From: an uncultured Chloroflexota bacterium
GTDB lineage: Bacteria > Chloroflexota > Limnocylindria > Limnocylindrales > Limnocylindraceae
Assembly: GCA_903864185.1 (NCBI GenBank)
Contig: CAIPEX010000025.1
Span: 1 to 57,741, forward strand
Direction of reading: 5' to 3'
Length of the DNA: 57,741 bases
Part shown: piece by piece, positions 47,729-57,132 of the stretch
Layout of the letters: every line of letters begins with the position of its first letter
Numbering within the stretch: the first letter of the stretch is position 1
The notes under the pieces: generated by a model
The model's database searches: none
Told to the model about the DNA's origin: nothing
Seen by the model: only the letters and a program-made list of their open reading frames with translations
Position numbers and translations under genes: made by a program

Positions 47729-48546
47729 GCTTTTACCGCCTGATTCCTATCGCCGGCAGCCATGCGGCGCTCGAGCCAGCTCTGCAGCGCGGAGAAGGCG
47801 ATCGTCATGATCCAATAGAAGACGGCAGCGATGAGAAGCGTCTGCAGCGACTTGAACTCGCGGCGTCCGATGTTTTGTGCGCGCCAGAGAATTTCATGCA
47901 GCGTCACCGTTGATGCGAGTGCTGAATCCTTAAGCATCGCAATGAAGTCGTTGCCGATCGCTGGCAGCACGATGCGGAACGCCTGCGGCGCAACCACACG
48001 TCGAAACGCGGTCTGCTCCGACATTCCGAGCGCGACCGCGGCTTCGCGCTGGCCAACCGGCACCGCCTGAATCCCGGCGCGGAAGAGCTCGGTCATGTAG
48101 GCGCCGTAATTCATGCCAAGTGCGCCGACAGCACAGACAAACGGATCGAGCACGATCCCAACCTGCGGGAGTCCGAGGTACCAGAAGAGCACCTGCAAGA
48201 GGAGCGGGGTGCCGCGGAAGAAGCTGACGTAGAAGGAGGCGATGGCGTTGGCCGTGGCGCTGCGTGAGAGGCGGCCGAGGGCGCCGAGCACCGCAAGGAT
48301 GGTTGCGAGCATTATCGAGAGCAGCGCGACAACAATCGTAAGGCTGATGCCGCCAGCGATGAACGGCGCGGCGCTCGCCAGGAAAGTGGCCTCGACATTG
48401 AAGTAGACAGCGATAAAGGTGCCGATTGCAAGCAGGATCAGGGTCGTGATGATGCGGAAGCGCAAGCTCCATGCTGATTCTCGGCGGCGATCGCTCTGAG
48501 CAACAGCCGCTGCAAGTTCACTTTGGCTTAACGATCCTGCGTTCAT
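47725..48546 (-). CDS. Polar amino acid ABC transporter permease
   Basis: FRGTPLLLQ, GQREAAVALGM, KDSAL. Confidence 0.92.
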   Translation of the reverse strand: MNAGSLSQSELAAAVAQSDRRRESAWSLRFRIITTLILLAIGTFIAVYFNVEATFLASAAPFIAGGISLTIVVALLSIMLATILAVLGALGRLSRSATANAIASFYVSFFRGTPLLLQVLFWYLGLPQVGIVLDPFVCAVGALGMNYGAYMTELFRAGIQAVPVGQREAAVALGMSEQTAFRRVVAPQAFRIVLPAIGNDFIAMLKDSALASTVTLHEILWRAQNIGRREFKSLQTLLIAAVFYWIMTIAFSALQSWLERRMAAGDRNQAVKA

Positions 48547-48577
48547 TCTCTCCCTATCAATCTCTTTGGCGAGATAT

Positions 48578-48616
48578 GAAACGGGGAGCCGCGGCGGTGC
48601 CGCGACTCCCCGTTTC
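48578..48616. repeat. Intercistronic stem-loop between the binding-protein and permease genes
   Basis: GAAACGGGGAG...CTCCCCGTTTC; likely an mRNA-stabilising or attenuating hairpin. Confidence 0.65.
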
Positions 48617-48656
48617 GCCAGTCGATCCCGGTGATCCGGGTTCTGGTCTCGTTACC

Positions 48657-49532
48657 TTACGGTGCGACCGTGACGTCAACGCCCAGGTAGCTCTCTGACA
48701 GAGCAGAGAGCGCCCCGCTCGAATGACCAAGCGCAATGATGCGGTTGATCTCTGCGAGCAGTGCAGGGTCTGCACCCTCGGAGCCCTTGTCAAGCGCAAC
48801 CGAGATCTTCTCCGTCGTAAGGACAAGTGCTGGATCCATCACCTTGATTGCTGCGACGCCATCCGTGGCAGCAGCCTCAAGCGTGGCAATGGAGTTCGCA
48901 ATGAAGTCCTTGCTCTGGATGAAGAAGTCCCAGGTGCGGCCGGCGCTCAGGCCTTCGATGCAGAGGTTGTCTGTATCTTCAGTCTGAACAGTCACACCCG
49001 TGAGCGTCATTGGCGTGTTAACGGTGACAAGCGTCTCACCAGCAAGTTCGCCAGCAAGCCACTTCTCGTAGATCGTCGACGAGCCGACACAAGCCTTCAG
49101 GCCGTTAAGGTCTGCCAACGACATAGCCGTTGAGTCCTGCGGCACGGCAATCGTTGCCTGTGCGTAGTAGTACGGCTCGGAGAAGTCAATCACCTTAGTG
49201 CGAGCTTCCGTCTGGGCCATTGAGCCAACAGAGATATCCCATCGTCCGCCCCAGCTGCCAGCGGTGAGCTCGTCCCATGTTGGGGTGACCCACACGATGT
49301 CAACTTCAAGAGCAGTAGCGATCATCTTCGCGACTGAGGTGTCGAACCCGTCGTACTCGCCCGACGCTGTGTCGAGGAACGAATAGGGGGCGTAGTTCGG
49401 GTCGGTGGCAATGCGGATCACGCCAGCCGTCTTAATTGCGGCCAAGGTGGTCTTTGGTGCCGAGCACCCCGCCAGGGCAACTGTCATCGCCGCAACCGCG
49501 AGCGCGGCGAATAGTGTCTTACGCATACGCAT
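48657..49532 (-). CDS. Amino acid ABC substrate-binding lipoprotein (family 3)
   Basis: Lipobox LAGC, YAPYSF, GFD, FSEPYY. Confidence 0.9.
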   Translation of the reverse strand: MRMRKTLFAALAVAAMTVALAGCSAPKTTLAAIKTAGVIRIATDPNYAPYSFLDTASGEYDGFDTSVAKMIATALEVDIVWVTPTWDELTAGSWGGRWDISVGSMAQTEARTKVIDFSEPYYYAQATIAVPQDSTAMSLADLNGLKACVGSSTIYEKWLAGELAGETLVTVNTPMTLTGVTVQTEDTDNLCIEGLSAGRTWDFFIQSKDFIANSIATLEAAATDGVAAIKVMDPALVLTTEKISVALDKGSEGADPALLAEINRIIALGHSSGALSALSESYLGVDVTVAP

Positions 49533-49650
49533 AGGTTCTTTACCTCGCTTGCAGGGGCGGGACAGCCGAGAGGCTACCTCTGCGCCTTAGCGGGATTATC
49601 GCACGCTGACGGGAGGTCGGGGGGTGGCAGTTGCGAGGTCGCTACGCGGG

Positions 49651-50562
49651 TTAGCGACGGGCGGCGACCACGACCCCTACGAAGAGCACGAGGGCCCCAA
49701 GGAGCTGGCCGGGGGTGGGCAACTCCTGGAAGACCAGGCTCCCGACAAGGAGGGTCATGATCGGCTGCACAAAGAGGAGTACCGAGCCCACCACGCTCGG
49801 GAGGTGAGGGATCGAGGCGTTGATGAGGGGGTAGCCGAGCACCTGCGAGAGGAGGGCGAGAAGGACGAGCCAGCCCACCCCTGGCCAGAGGTCGGGTGGG
49901 AGCAGGGTGCCCCCGGCCAGCCCGAGGACGAGAGCGACGAGGACCGTCCCGATCGCCGCATCGCGCAGGAGCCCAAAGGGCCCAACCGCCGCGGACCCGG
50001 TGGAGACTCGTCGGGTGATCACGAGGTAGAGCCCATAGAAGGTGGCTGCGCCCAGACCCCAGAGCACGCCGAGGGCTGGGTCGCTCCCTGCTGAGGCCTG
50101 CCCCGCAGGCGTGAGCCCCAACGCGACGAGCGGATCAAGGACGCGGGCGAGCATGAGGAGGCCGAGAAAGGCAAGCGGGATCGCCGCAATGGCGCGACCT
50201 GGGGTGCGCTCACCCGTGAGCGCCGCAATGATGCCAACGAGGAACACCTGCGCATTCGGTACGACCGTTGCGAGGCCAACCCCGAGGAGTGGGATCGCGA
50301 TATGGAAACACTGCAGGTCGAGCGCAAAGAGCGCACCCGCTGCGAGCCCGAGCAGGCGGTCGCGCCGGGTCGCGCGATGCCCTTCACGGTGGGCAAGGAT
50401 GGCCAAGAAGGGGAGGGCGATCGCGCCGCGGAAGAGCGTGACGACTGCTGGTGCTGCTCCAGAGAGCTTCGCGAGTGGGGACGACTGGGAGATCGCAATC
50501 GCCCCGAGCGCCGCGCCGAGTCGTGGATGGCGAGTGGCGAAAGCGAGTGGTGCAGCGGGCAT
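49651..50562 (-). CDS. DMT/EamA transporter
   Basis: ~10 TM segments, QPI...LVFQE; start uncertain. Confidence 0.82.
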   Translation of the reverse strand: MPAAPLAFATRHPRLGAALGAIAISQSSPLAKLSGAAPAVVTLFRGAIALPFLAILAHREGHRATRRDRLLGLAAGALFALDLQCFHIAIPLLGVGLATVVPNAQVFLVGIIAALTGERTPGRAIAAIPLAFLGLLMLARVLDPLVALGLTPAGQASAGSDPALGVLWGLGAATFYGLYLVITRRVSTGSAAVGPFGLLRDAAIGTVLVALVLGLAGGTLLPPDLWPGVGWLVLLALLSQVLGYPLINASIPHLPSVVGSVLLFVQPIMTLLVGSLVFQELPTPGQLLGALVLFVGVVVAARR

Positions 50563-50605
50563 AAAAAAAGAATACACCGTGCACGCATCCGTGCACGGTG
50601 TATTC
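50562..50605 (-). terminator. Rho-independent terminator
   Basis: Perfect 16-bp stem GAATACACCGTGCACG/CGTGCACGGTGTATTC followed by T7 on the - strand. Confidence 0.85.
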
Positions 50606-50615
50606 CCAGTGCTAG

Positions 50616-51122
50616 CTAGTCGTCTTCGCCTTCTCCTTCATCTTCACCGTCAGAATCGCCACCCTGATTATCCCCGCCGCCTGTGCCTGCGTGATCACCT
50701 GAGTGGTGCTTCCCGCCATTGTCATCGCCCTGATCGTCGTTCTCATCATCGCCGCCGCCACCAGGAGGCGGTGGGAGCACGCCCCCACCGTTTGTTGGAT
50801 CGGGCTGCGCTGGCATGCTCGCGTCAACGACCGGGTCAACACTTACTACAGGTGTTGCGCTTGGTTCAACGACATCCATCGATGGGGATGCAGTAGCTCC
50901 TGCTACTTCCACCGACGTGGTGTTGCCCTGCGGTGGGAAAAGAGCACCGTCGTCTGCAAATGCAGAGCCGACTGCCAGGCCGCCTGCAACGGCCAGCACA
51001 AAGGCGGCAATCGCTCCAGCTGGATGACTCGATGCACGCTCTTGAACAGCCGGGGGAATCATGTTCCAAGGCTCGACTGGAGCCCCAACATGGTTCGACG
51101 GTTGATTCTTGCGCTTGTCCAT
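50616..51122 (-). CDS. Membrane-anchored or secreted protein with a Gly/Asp/Glu/His-rich tail
   Basis: ATG after GAGAGG, one hydrophobic helix, acidic low-complexity C-terminus, followed by a terminator. Confidence 0.65.
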   Translation of the reverse strand: MDKRKNQPSNHVGAPVEPWNMIPPAVQERASSHPAGAIAAFVLAVAGGLAVGSAFADDGALFPPQGNTTSVEVAGATASPSMDVVEPSATPVVSVDPVVDASMPAQPDPTNGGGVLPPPPGGGGDDENDDQGDDNGGKHHSGDHAGTGGGDNQGGDSDGEDEGEGEDD

Positions 51123-51233
51123 CGTGTACCTCTCTTCTTTTTGACACCGTCTGGTGTCTGCACTCATCTTCCGTGCTGGGCTGCGCTGCGTCCTGTGCTC
51201 AGCCAAAAAATACGGTGAGAAGTCTCTAATACT

Positions 51234-52001
51234 TTAGATGCTCACGAGGCGAAATCCCTCTGTGGCTAGCAGCCGCCCGTCGTAGGCCATGGCGAGGGCT
51301 CCAAAACCAGGCTCCTGGTCGACCCGGGCCAGGCCCTCCTCCCCTTCCAGGTAGCCGATGGTAGCGAGGGTGTCGGCGCGGGCGATTGAGGGCCCCACGA
51401 CCGAGAAGCTCACCCATGGAGAGGTGGAGGGGAGGCCGGTTCGAGGGTCGCGGAGGTGCCCTGGCCGCTCGGTGGGGCCACTCGTGGCGATCGCCGCATC
51501 ACGGAGGAGCACCCGTGCCATGACGGAGCCGGGGGCGAGCGGGTCGACCACCCCCACGTCCCAGCCGATCCCTCGTGGCCCGCCGCCCGTGGCAGCGACG
51601 TCACCGCCGATGCCGAGCGTCAGGTTCACCATTCCTGCCTGGTTCAACACCCCCATGGCCTCGCCGATCGCCCAGCCTTTGACGAAGCCCGACGGATCGA
51701 GGCGCCCATCCATGCTTGCATGCCATGCGTCGAAGAGCCCGCTCGTCTCTTCGTAGAGGGCATCGCAGATTTCCAGAACCATGCGCGTCTCGGCGTGCGC
51801 ATCGTGCAGGTGTAACAGGCCGTCACGAATGCGGCTGATCTCTGAGGTTGGACGGTAGGTCGAAAAGCGCTCTTCGATCTCGTCGAGTCGAGTAAAGCAC
51901 GCCTCTACCGCCTCGTGGTTGATTGCGCCAATAACACCAAGAGAGGCGGCGCTGCCAAAGACTGGCCGAACGATCCGGTGAACTGATGCAGGCTCCAGCA
52001 A
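51234..52001 (-). CDS. apbE: FAD:protein FMN transferase
   Basis: FSTYRPTSEISR, DPSGFVKGW, GGDV, IATSG, H..DPRTG, ADTLAT. Confidence 0.88.
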   Translation of the reverse strand: MLEPASVHRIVRPVFGSAASLGVIGAINHEAVEACFTRLDEIEERFSTYRPTSEISRIRDGLLHLHDAHAETRMVLEICDALYEETSGLFDAWHASMDGRLDPSGFVKGWAIGEAMGVLNQAGMVNLTLGIGGDVAATGGGPRGIGWDVGVVDPLAPGSVMARVLLRDAAIATSGPTERPGHLRDPRTGLPSTSPWVSFSVVGPSIARADTLATIGYLEGEEGLARVDQEPGFGALAMAYDGRLLATEGFRLVSI

Positions 52002-52601
52002 CTAGTAGGTCGCCTGATCAATCGCATTCTGGAGTGAGTTCGCGTAACCCCACCATGAGTACGATGCGCCACTGCACGCACTTGGGGGATTTGCAAGAGC
52101 GTTCAGTGGCCTGCCTGCGAAGGTCTCACCCGTCGTTTTTCCTGCATTGAGTCCGATTGCAGCATTGTTGAACACCGTTGCGGTGCAGCTTGCCCTGCGG
52201 TAACCGATTGAATATGAACCAGTCTTCTGTACAGACGCATCAACAACTTGTCCATTCGCAATTTTTACTGTCACTTGCATGAGGCCATAGCGGTAGTTGA
52301 CGTTCGCGCCAGTGTAGGTTCCGTTATGTACCGTCTTACCGGCTGGCGTCGAGGTTGGCGTCGGGGTTGGCGTCGGGGTCTTTGTTGGTTTCGGCGTGTT
52401 TGTTGGCTTCGGCGACTTGCCGCTCGTGGCGCTCGAGGTCGGCGTGGGAGTTGGCGTCGGCGTTGCCGAGGCTCCAGGATCTGGCGTCAGTGATGGATCA
52501 GGGCTAAAGCTGATGCCGCCATCGTCTGGTGGCGCATAGGCGAGGATGAGTCGCAGCGCTGCGACGGTGAGGATCAGGGAGACGAGGCCGCGCTTCGGCA
52601 T
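52002..52601 (-). CDS. FMN-binding (flavinylated) extracytoplasmic protein
   Basis: N-terminal anchor, PT-rich linker, YG.MQV.V.I..G, SGAS motif, SLQNAID. Confidence 0.8.
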   Translation of the reverse strand: MPKRGLVSLILTVAALRLILAYAPPDDGGISFSPDPSLTPDPGASATPTPTPTPTSSATSGKSPKPTNTPKPTKTPTPTPTPTSTPAGKTVHNGTYTGANVNYRYGLMQVTVKIANGQVVDASVQKTGSYSIGYRRASCTATVFNNAAIGLNAGKTTGETFAGRPLNALANPPSACSGASYSWWGYANSLQNAIDQATY

Positions 52602-54001
52602 TACCAGTTGAAGCGCTCAAGGTGGACCTGGCGCTTTGGCACGCCGAGCTCCTTGAGGCTCTCCTCTACTGCCGACATCATGCTTGGCGAGCCACAGAGA
52701 TAGACATCGCGATCACGGATATCAGGATACGAGGCCCAGAGCCCGGCGGGCGAGAGCGGATCGTCGCGGAATGCGTACTTATCACGGCTTCCCAGCATGT
52801 AGCTCACCTTAGCGCCGCGCATCTCAGCGATGCGGTCGACCTCAGTGCGCAGCACGAGCGACTCTTTTGAGGGACCGCGGTAGAGGAGCGCGAGGTCGCC
52901 GCGGCGAGCGGGGAGCACTTCGAGGAGTGCCCGCAGCGGCGTGATCCCAATGCCACCGGCGATCAGGAGCACCTTCTCGCGCGTTCGCACCGCTCCGGTC
53001 AAGATGCCATATGGGCCTTCGAGGAAGACGCGCGTTCCTGGCTTAACACGCTGCAACTCGTGCGTGCGGTCGCCAAGCGCCTCGATCGTGAAACGCAGCG
53101 TTTTTCCGTCGGGGCCAGCGGAGAGCGAGAACGGATGCGAGCGCCACCAACCATCAGCGGCGAGGACACGTATGCCAAACCACTGTCCTGCGCGAACTGG
53201 GAGGCGATCGAGTCCGCTCCCAGCGATGTAGATTGACGCGACACCGGAGCGCTCAATTACCACCTGGTCAATGTAGTAGCGATGCGCGATGTTGCGAATC
53301 AGTGGCTCAATAAAACGATAGATGACAAGTGGCAAGAACGTGACTGCATAGATTGCGATCCATGTGATGAGTGCGATCTGATCGTTTGCGAAGTCGCTCC
53401 CGATCTTGATCTGATGCAAGAAGCCCAGCGCAACAGCGATGTAAACGTAGAGATGGATGCCGTACCAGGTCTCATACGAGATGCGTGCACGTGCCGCGCG
53501 CACTGAGACGATCGCGACAACGATGAAGAGGGCGAGCCCAACGCTGCCGCCAAGGCCGCCCGGCTGATTGAATGTGAAGTCAACCGCAGATGCCCAAATC
53601 TCTCCCGGTGATGCGATGGCATCGAACGATGCAAAGGCGGCCGACGAGGCGATCGCGTGTGCGAGCAGGAGCCAAACACTTGCAAAACCTGCAAGTCGAT
53701 GGAGGCGCGAGGCTTCGTCACTCCCAACAACCTGATCGATCCAGGGCGCACGCGACATAAGCAGCACGCCGACAAGCGCGAGATAGGTGCCGAAGATTGC
53801 GGTGAGCTGGCCAATCGAGGCGATGATGTCAATCGGGCTCGCAACATGATTGGCACCGCCGTGCCGGAGCCACATCCCGAAGAGGACGATGCCAACGCCA
53901 AGCACGATCCAGTTCAAGTCCGAGGGGGAGATTGACCAGCGCCGAGGCAGCGGCGGGCTGTTCTTCGGTAGGGCGCGCTGGGGCGTGGTCATTGTTGCCA
54001 T
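52601..54001 (-). CDS. Ferric-reductase-like transmembrane protein fused to an FAD/NAD(P)-binding domain
   Basis: Heme His pairs, HPFSLS, EGPYG, IAGGIGITP, YLCG, HLERF. Confidence 0.88.
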   Translation of the reverse strand: MATMTTPQRALPKNSPPLPRRWSISPSDLNWIVLGVGIVLFGMWLRHGGANHVASPIDIIASIGQLTAIFGTYLALVGVLLMSRAPWIDQVVGSDEASRLHRLAGFASVWLLLAHAIASSAAFASFDAIASPGEIWASAVDFTFNQPGGLGGSVGLALFIVVAIVSVRAARARISYETWYGIHLYVYIAVALGFLHQIKIGSDFANDQIALITWIAIYAVTFLPLVIYRFIEPLIRNIAHRYYIDQVVIERSGVASIYIAGSGLDRLPVRAGQWFGIRVLAADGWWRSHPFSLSAGPDGKTLRFTIEALGDRTHELQRVKPGTRVFLEGPYGILTGAVRTREKVLLIAGGIGITPLRALLEVLPARRGDLALLYRGPSKESLVLRTEVDRIAEMRGAKVSYMLGSRDKYAFRDDPLSPAGLWASYPDIRDRDVYLCGSPSMMSAVEESLKELGVPKRQVHLERFNW

Positions 54002-54097
54002 GCCCTAAGGATGGGCGGTAGCCCCCCTTTGCGTCCTGTTGCCGTTCAAATGGTCACGCTCGTCATATGAGAAATATCAAAAAATCAAGCGTGAGCC

Positions 54098-54640
54098 CTA
54101 GCGCGGATGGGTAAGCGGGGCCGACCGCCCGCCCGTTGCCCTGAGGAGGTCGTGCGGCGCAAGGGCGACTGAGAGACCGCGCCGTCCGGCAGAAACGACG
54201 ATCGCATCGAGCGAGAGCGCGCTCTGGTCGAGCAGGAGTGGGATCTGGCGCTTCGGACTCAGTGGGCTCACCCCGCCCGGCACACTCCCCGTCACGCGTC
54301 GCACATCGTCAATGCTGGCGAGCACTGCCCGCTTCGCCTCCAGCTCCGCGGCGATGGTTCGTTCTGCCGCCTCGCTCGTACTCGGGATGACTGCGAAGGC
54401 ATAGGCGCCCACTGCAGGTGGCGCACCCTCAAGTGCAAAGAGGAGTGTCTTGAAGAGCGTGCTTGGATCGATGCCCAGTTCAGCGGCAGCTGCTGCGCCA
54501 TATGCAACTTGGACCCCACGATGCTGCTCGACGCCCGTTGGCGGTGTGATCTCATAGTGCACAAGCCTGTGCGGGATATGTTGTTGCACGAGCAGCGCAA
54601 CGCCCGGAGTGGGCGCTGGGATTCGCGTCTCGTCACTCAC
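54098..54640 (-). CDS. ybaK: YbaK/EbsC aminoacyl-tRNA deacylase
   Basis: FKTL, TGSVPGGVSPL, SAGRRGL. Confidence 0.85.
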   Translation of the reverse strand: MSDETRIPAPTPGVALLVQQHIPHRLVHYEITPPTGVEQHRGVQVAYGAAAAAELGIDPSTLFKTLLFALEGAPPAVGAYAFAVIPSTSEAAERTIAAELEAKRAVLASIDDVRRVTGSVPGGVSPLSPKRQIPLLLDQSALSLDAIVVSAGRRGLSVALAPHDLLRATGGRSAPLTHPR

Positions 54641-56132
54641 CTACAGAGCTGAGCGGGATGCGTACGATCATGCGTGCGCCACCGGTCGCTGATGACTCAG
54701 CAGTGATCGTTCCGTTGTGGGCTAGTGCAATGCTACGTGCAATTGCCAACCCGAGCCCTGCGCCTCCATCTGCACGTACCGCACCTGCACCACGGTAGAA
54801 GGGTTCAAAGATCTTCTCGCGTTCGCTCTCTGGGACTCCGGCACCAGAATCATCAACCCAGATTGCTGCACCAACTGCGTCGGTGCCAGCGCCAATGCTG
54901 ATCTCACCTCGTGGGAGTGAGTGGCGCATCGCATTTTCAACAAGGCCAAGGATTAACTGGATCAGTCGATCGCGATCGGCAGAAACTGGCAGCTCGACAA
55001 GTTCAATCGCCTCGTGAAGCGAGAAGTTGCTCTTTTGCACCATCGGGCGCGCCCGCTCAAACGCACTGCGTGCTATATCGCCAAGATCCACTGCATCAAG
55101 GTTCACACCAGCACCCTGAAGGGTGACGAGGTCTGCGCTCAGCCGGCCAAGGCGCTCAGACTCCGCAACGATCCCGCGCAACAAGTCAAGGCCGGCTGGT
55201 TTCACGAGATTTTCGCGTTCGAGGATTTCGGCACTCGACAAGATGACGGATGTCGGGGTGCGGAGCTCGTGGGATGCGCTTGCAACCATCGCTCGCTCGC
55301 GAGCAGCGGCAGCGGCGATCGGCGCAAGGGCTCGTCGCGTGATCAAGAGTGCAACACCAAGCGCTGCGCCGAGGGAGAGGAGCACGACGAAAATAAGTGA
55401 GCTGAACAGGTTCTGCCGCTGTGCATCCCGCACGTCAAGGCGGCCCGCAACTTGCACGTAGGCGAGCACGGGGCCGGTTGGATCTTGCGGGTGGCGCAGC
55501 GGGATCGTGATCACGCGGTACTCCACCCTACCGATAACAACCGTGAGTCCGATAGGCCCGTTGGCCTCATGTATCTGCGTGACGATGGGGAAATCGGTGA
55601 GCGCGCCAGCGGAAAGTGCGAGAACCGCTCCCTGCGGAGAGAGGACTGCCCACGGCCCACCCGCGCCGTACTCTTCGTCGTTGAGTCCAGGAGGGATACT
55701 TGGCGGCGCATCGATGTGGATGCTCGTGAAGTAGCGCGCGTTCACGGCAACAGACGCGTGAGCCCCAGAGCTACCACCATCACCGTTCTCATCGTCGTCG
55801 TTCCCGTCTCCACCAGGATCTTCGCTCTCACTCGGCATGCTCGCCCCCGGCCTCTCGCTCTTGTCGGGCTTCGGCGTGGGCTTGGCACTTGGCGTTGGAG
55901 TTGGCATGGGTGGAAGCTCTTCTTGGATCGCCGCTGCGATCCGTGTTGCGCGCTCTACCAGTGCAGCATCGAGCCCAGCATCAAGTGCATTGGTTCCCGC
56001 TACTGCCCCGCCGATCGCAACGAGCCCAACAACGAGCCCCGTGGCCACAAGGATAAAGATGGTGATCTGGCGCTTCGTTCGCGAAAGGAGTGCCTCAACG
56101 CCTTCACTCCCCGTGTGCGTCTGATACGGCAT
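54633..56132 (-). CDS. Sensor histidine kinase
   Basis: 2 TM segments, ASHELRTP, LVENA, DDSGAG, FEPFYR, GLGLAI. Confidence 0.92.
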   Translation of the reverse strand: MPYQTHTGSEGVEALLSRTKRQITIFILVATGLVVGLVAIGGAVAGTNALDAGLDAALVERATRIAAAIQEELPPMPTPTPSAKPTPKPDKSERPGASMPSESEDPGGDGNDDDENGDGGSSGAHASVAVNARYFTSIHIDAPPSIPPGLNDEEYGAGGPWAVLSPQGAVLALSAGALTDFPIVTQIHEANGPIGLTVVIGRVEYRVITIPLRHPQDPTGPVLAYVQVAGRLDVRDAQRQNLFSSLIFVVLLSLGAALGVALLITRRALAPIAAAAARERAMVASASHELRTPTSVILSSAEILERENLVKPAGLDLLRGIVAESERLGRLSADLVTLQGAGVNLDAVDLGDIARSAFERARPMVQKSNFSLHEAIELVELPVSADRDRLIQLILGLVENAMRHSLPRGEISIGAGTDAVGAAIWVDDSGAGVPESEREKIFEPFYRGAGAVRADGGAGLGLAIARSIALAHNGTITAESSATGGARMIVRIPLSSVGE

Positions 56133-56133
56133 G

Positions 56134-56826
56134 CTACTTCTTCTTTTTCATCTCGCTCAGTCGGTAGCCAACACCGCGAACGGTCTTGAGCAGGTCTGCG
56201 TGCCCCGCCTCTTCGAATTTATTCCGAAGATAGTGGACATACAAATCGACAACATTTGAGTACACGTCTGGCTCTGAACCCCACACCTCGTCGAGGATCT
56301 GCTGCCGTGTCAGCACCGTGTCGCGGTTGCGCAGCAGGTAGGCAAGGAGTGCGTACTCGCGCGCTGAAAGATCGATGATCTGCTCGCCCTTCTTCAACGC
56401 GTGGCGCGCCTCATCGAGAATGAGTCCCGGAGCAATCTCACGTGTCGCCTCGCCGTTGAGACTCATCTCGCCACGACGGCCGAGCGCACGCACGCGTGCG
56501 AGGAGTTCCGACGCGGCGAATGGCTTTGTCAGGTAGTCGTCCGCACCAGAGTCGAGACCTTCTACACGATCGTCGACGGTGCCGAGCGCGGTAAGCATCA
56601 GCACGGGGGTGGTGTCGCCAGCGTGGCGCATCTCGCGCAGGATGGACGAGCCCTCCAGGTCGGGCAGCATGCGGTCGAGCAGGACCAGGTCCCAGGTGCC
56701 CGACTGCCAGCGCAACATCCCGTCGGCGCCAGTGGCGGCGAGCTCCGTCGTGTGCTGCTCGCCAGCAAGGAGCCGCACGATGAGTGGGCCGAGCCGTGCG
56801 TCGTCTTCGATCAACAAGATGTGCAT
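56134..56826 (-). CDS. OmpR-family response regulator
   Basis: IEDD, LLDRMLP, LTA, KPF, TVRGVGY. Confidence 0.94.
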   Translation of the reverse strand: MHILLIEDDARLGPLIVRLLAGEQHTTELAATGADGMLRWQSGTWDLVLLDRMLPDLEGSSILREMRHAGDTTPVLMLTALGTVDDRVEGLDSGADDYLTKPFAASELLARVRALGRRGEMSLNGEATREIAPGLILDEARHALKKGEQIIDLSAREYALLAYLLRNRDTVLTRQQILDEVWGSEPDVYSNVVDLYVHYLRNKFEEAGHADLLKTVRGVGYRLSEMKKKK

Positions 56827-56907
56827 AGGGTGATCGTGCGCGTCGCACGAGATATGGTCAAGCGCTCGGCCTGCTCTCTGTGCGTTTTCTCATTTATGAG
56901 CGTGGAG

Positions 56908-56984
56908 TGGTGCGCCCGGAGGGAATCGAACCCCCGACCCTCTGGTCCGAAGCCAGATGCTCTAATCCGCTGAGCTACGGGCGC
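56908..56984 (-). tRNA. tRNA-Arg (TCG)
   Basis: GCGCCCG...TCTGG-CTTCGGA-CCAGA...GGTTCGATTCC...CGGGCGCACCA. Confidence 0.92.
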
Positions 56985-57000
56985 ATATCGCGAGGAGTGC

Positions 57001-57077
<77 letters not shown>

Positions 57078-57132
57078 ACCGATCCCGCTCCCGCGAGGGT
57101 GGAATGATAGCGGATGGGGGTACCCTGCGCCC

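Noticed and set aside
52345-52470. Tandem GGCGTCGGGGTT-like DNA repeats
   Set aside because: They simply encode the Pro-Thr linker of the FMN-binding protein
54010-54060. c-di-GMP-I riboswitch suggested by GGACGCAAAG on the - strand
   Set aside because: No GNRA-capped first stem and no room for the second stem before the start codon
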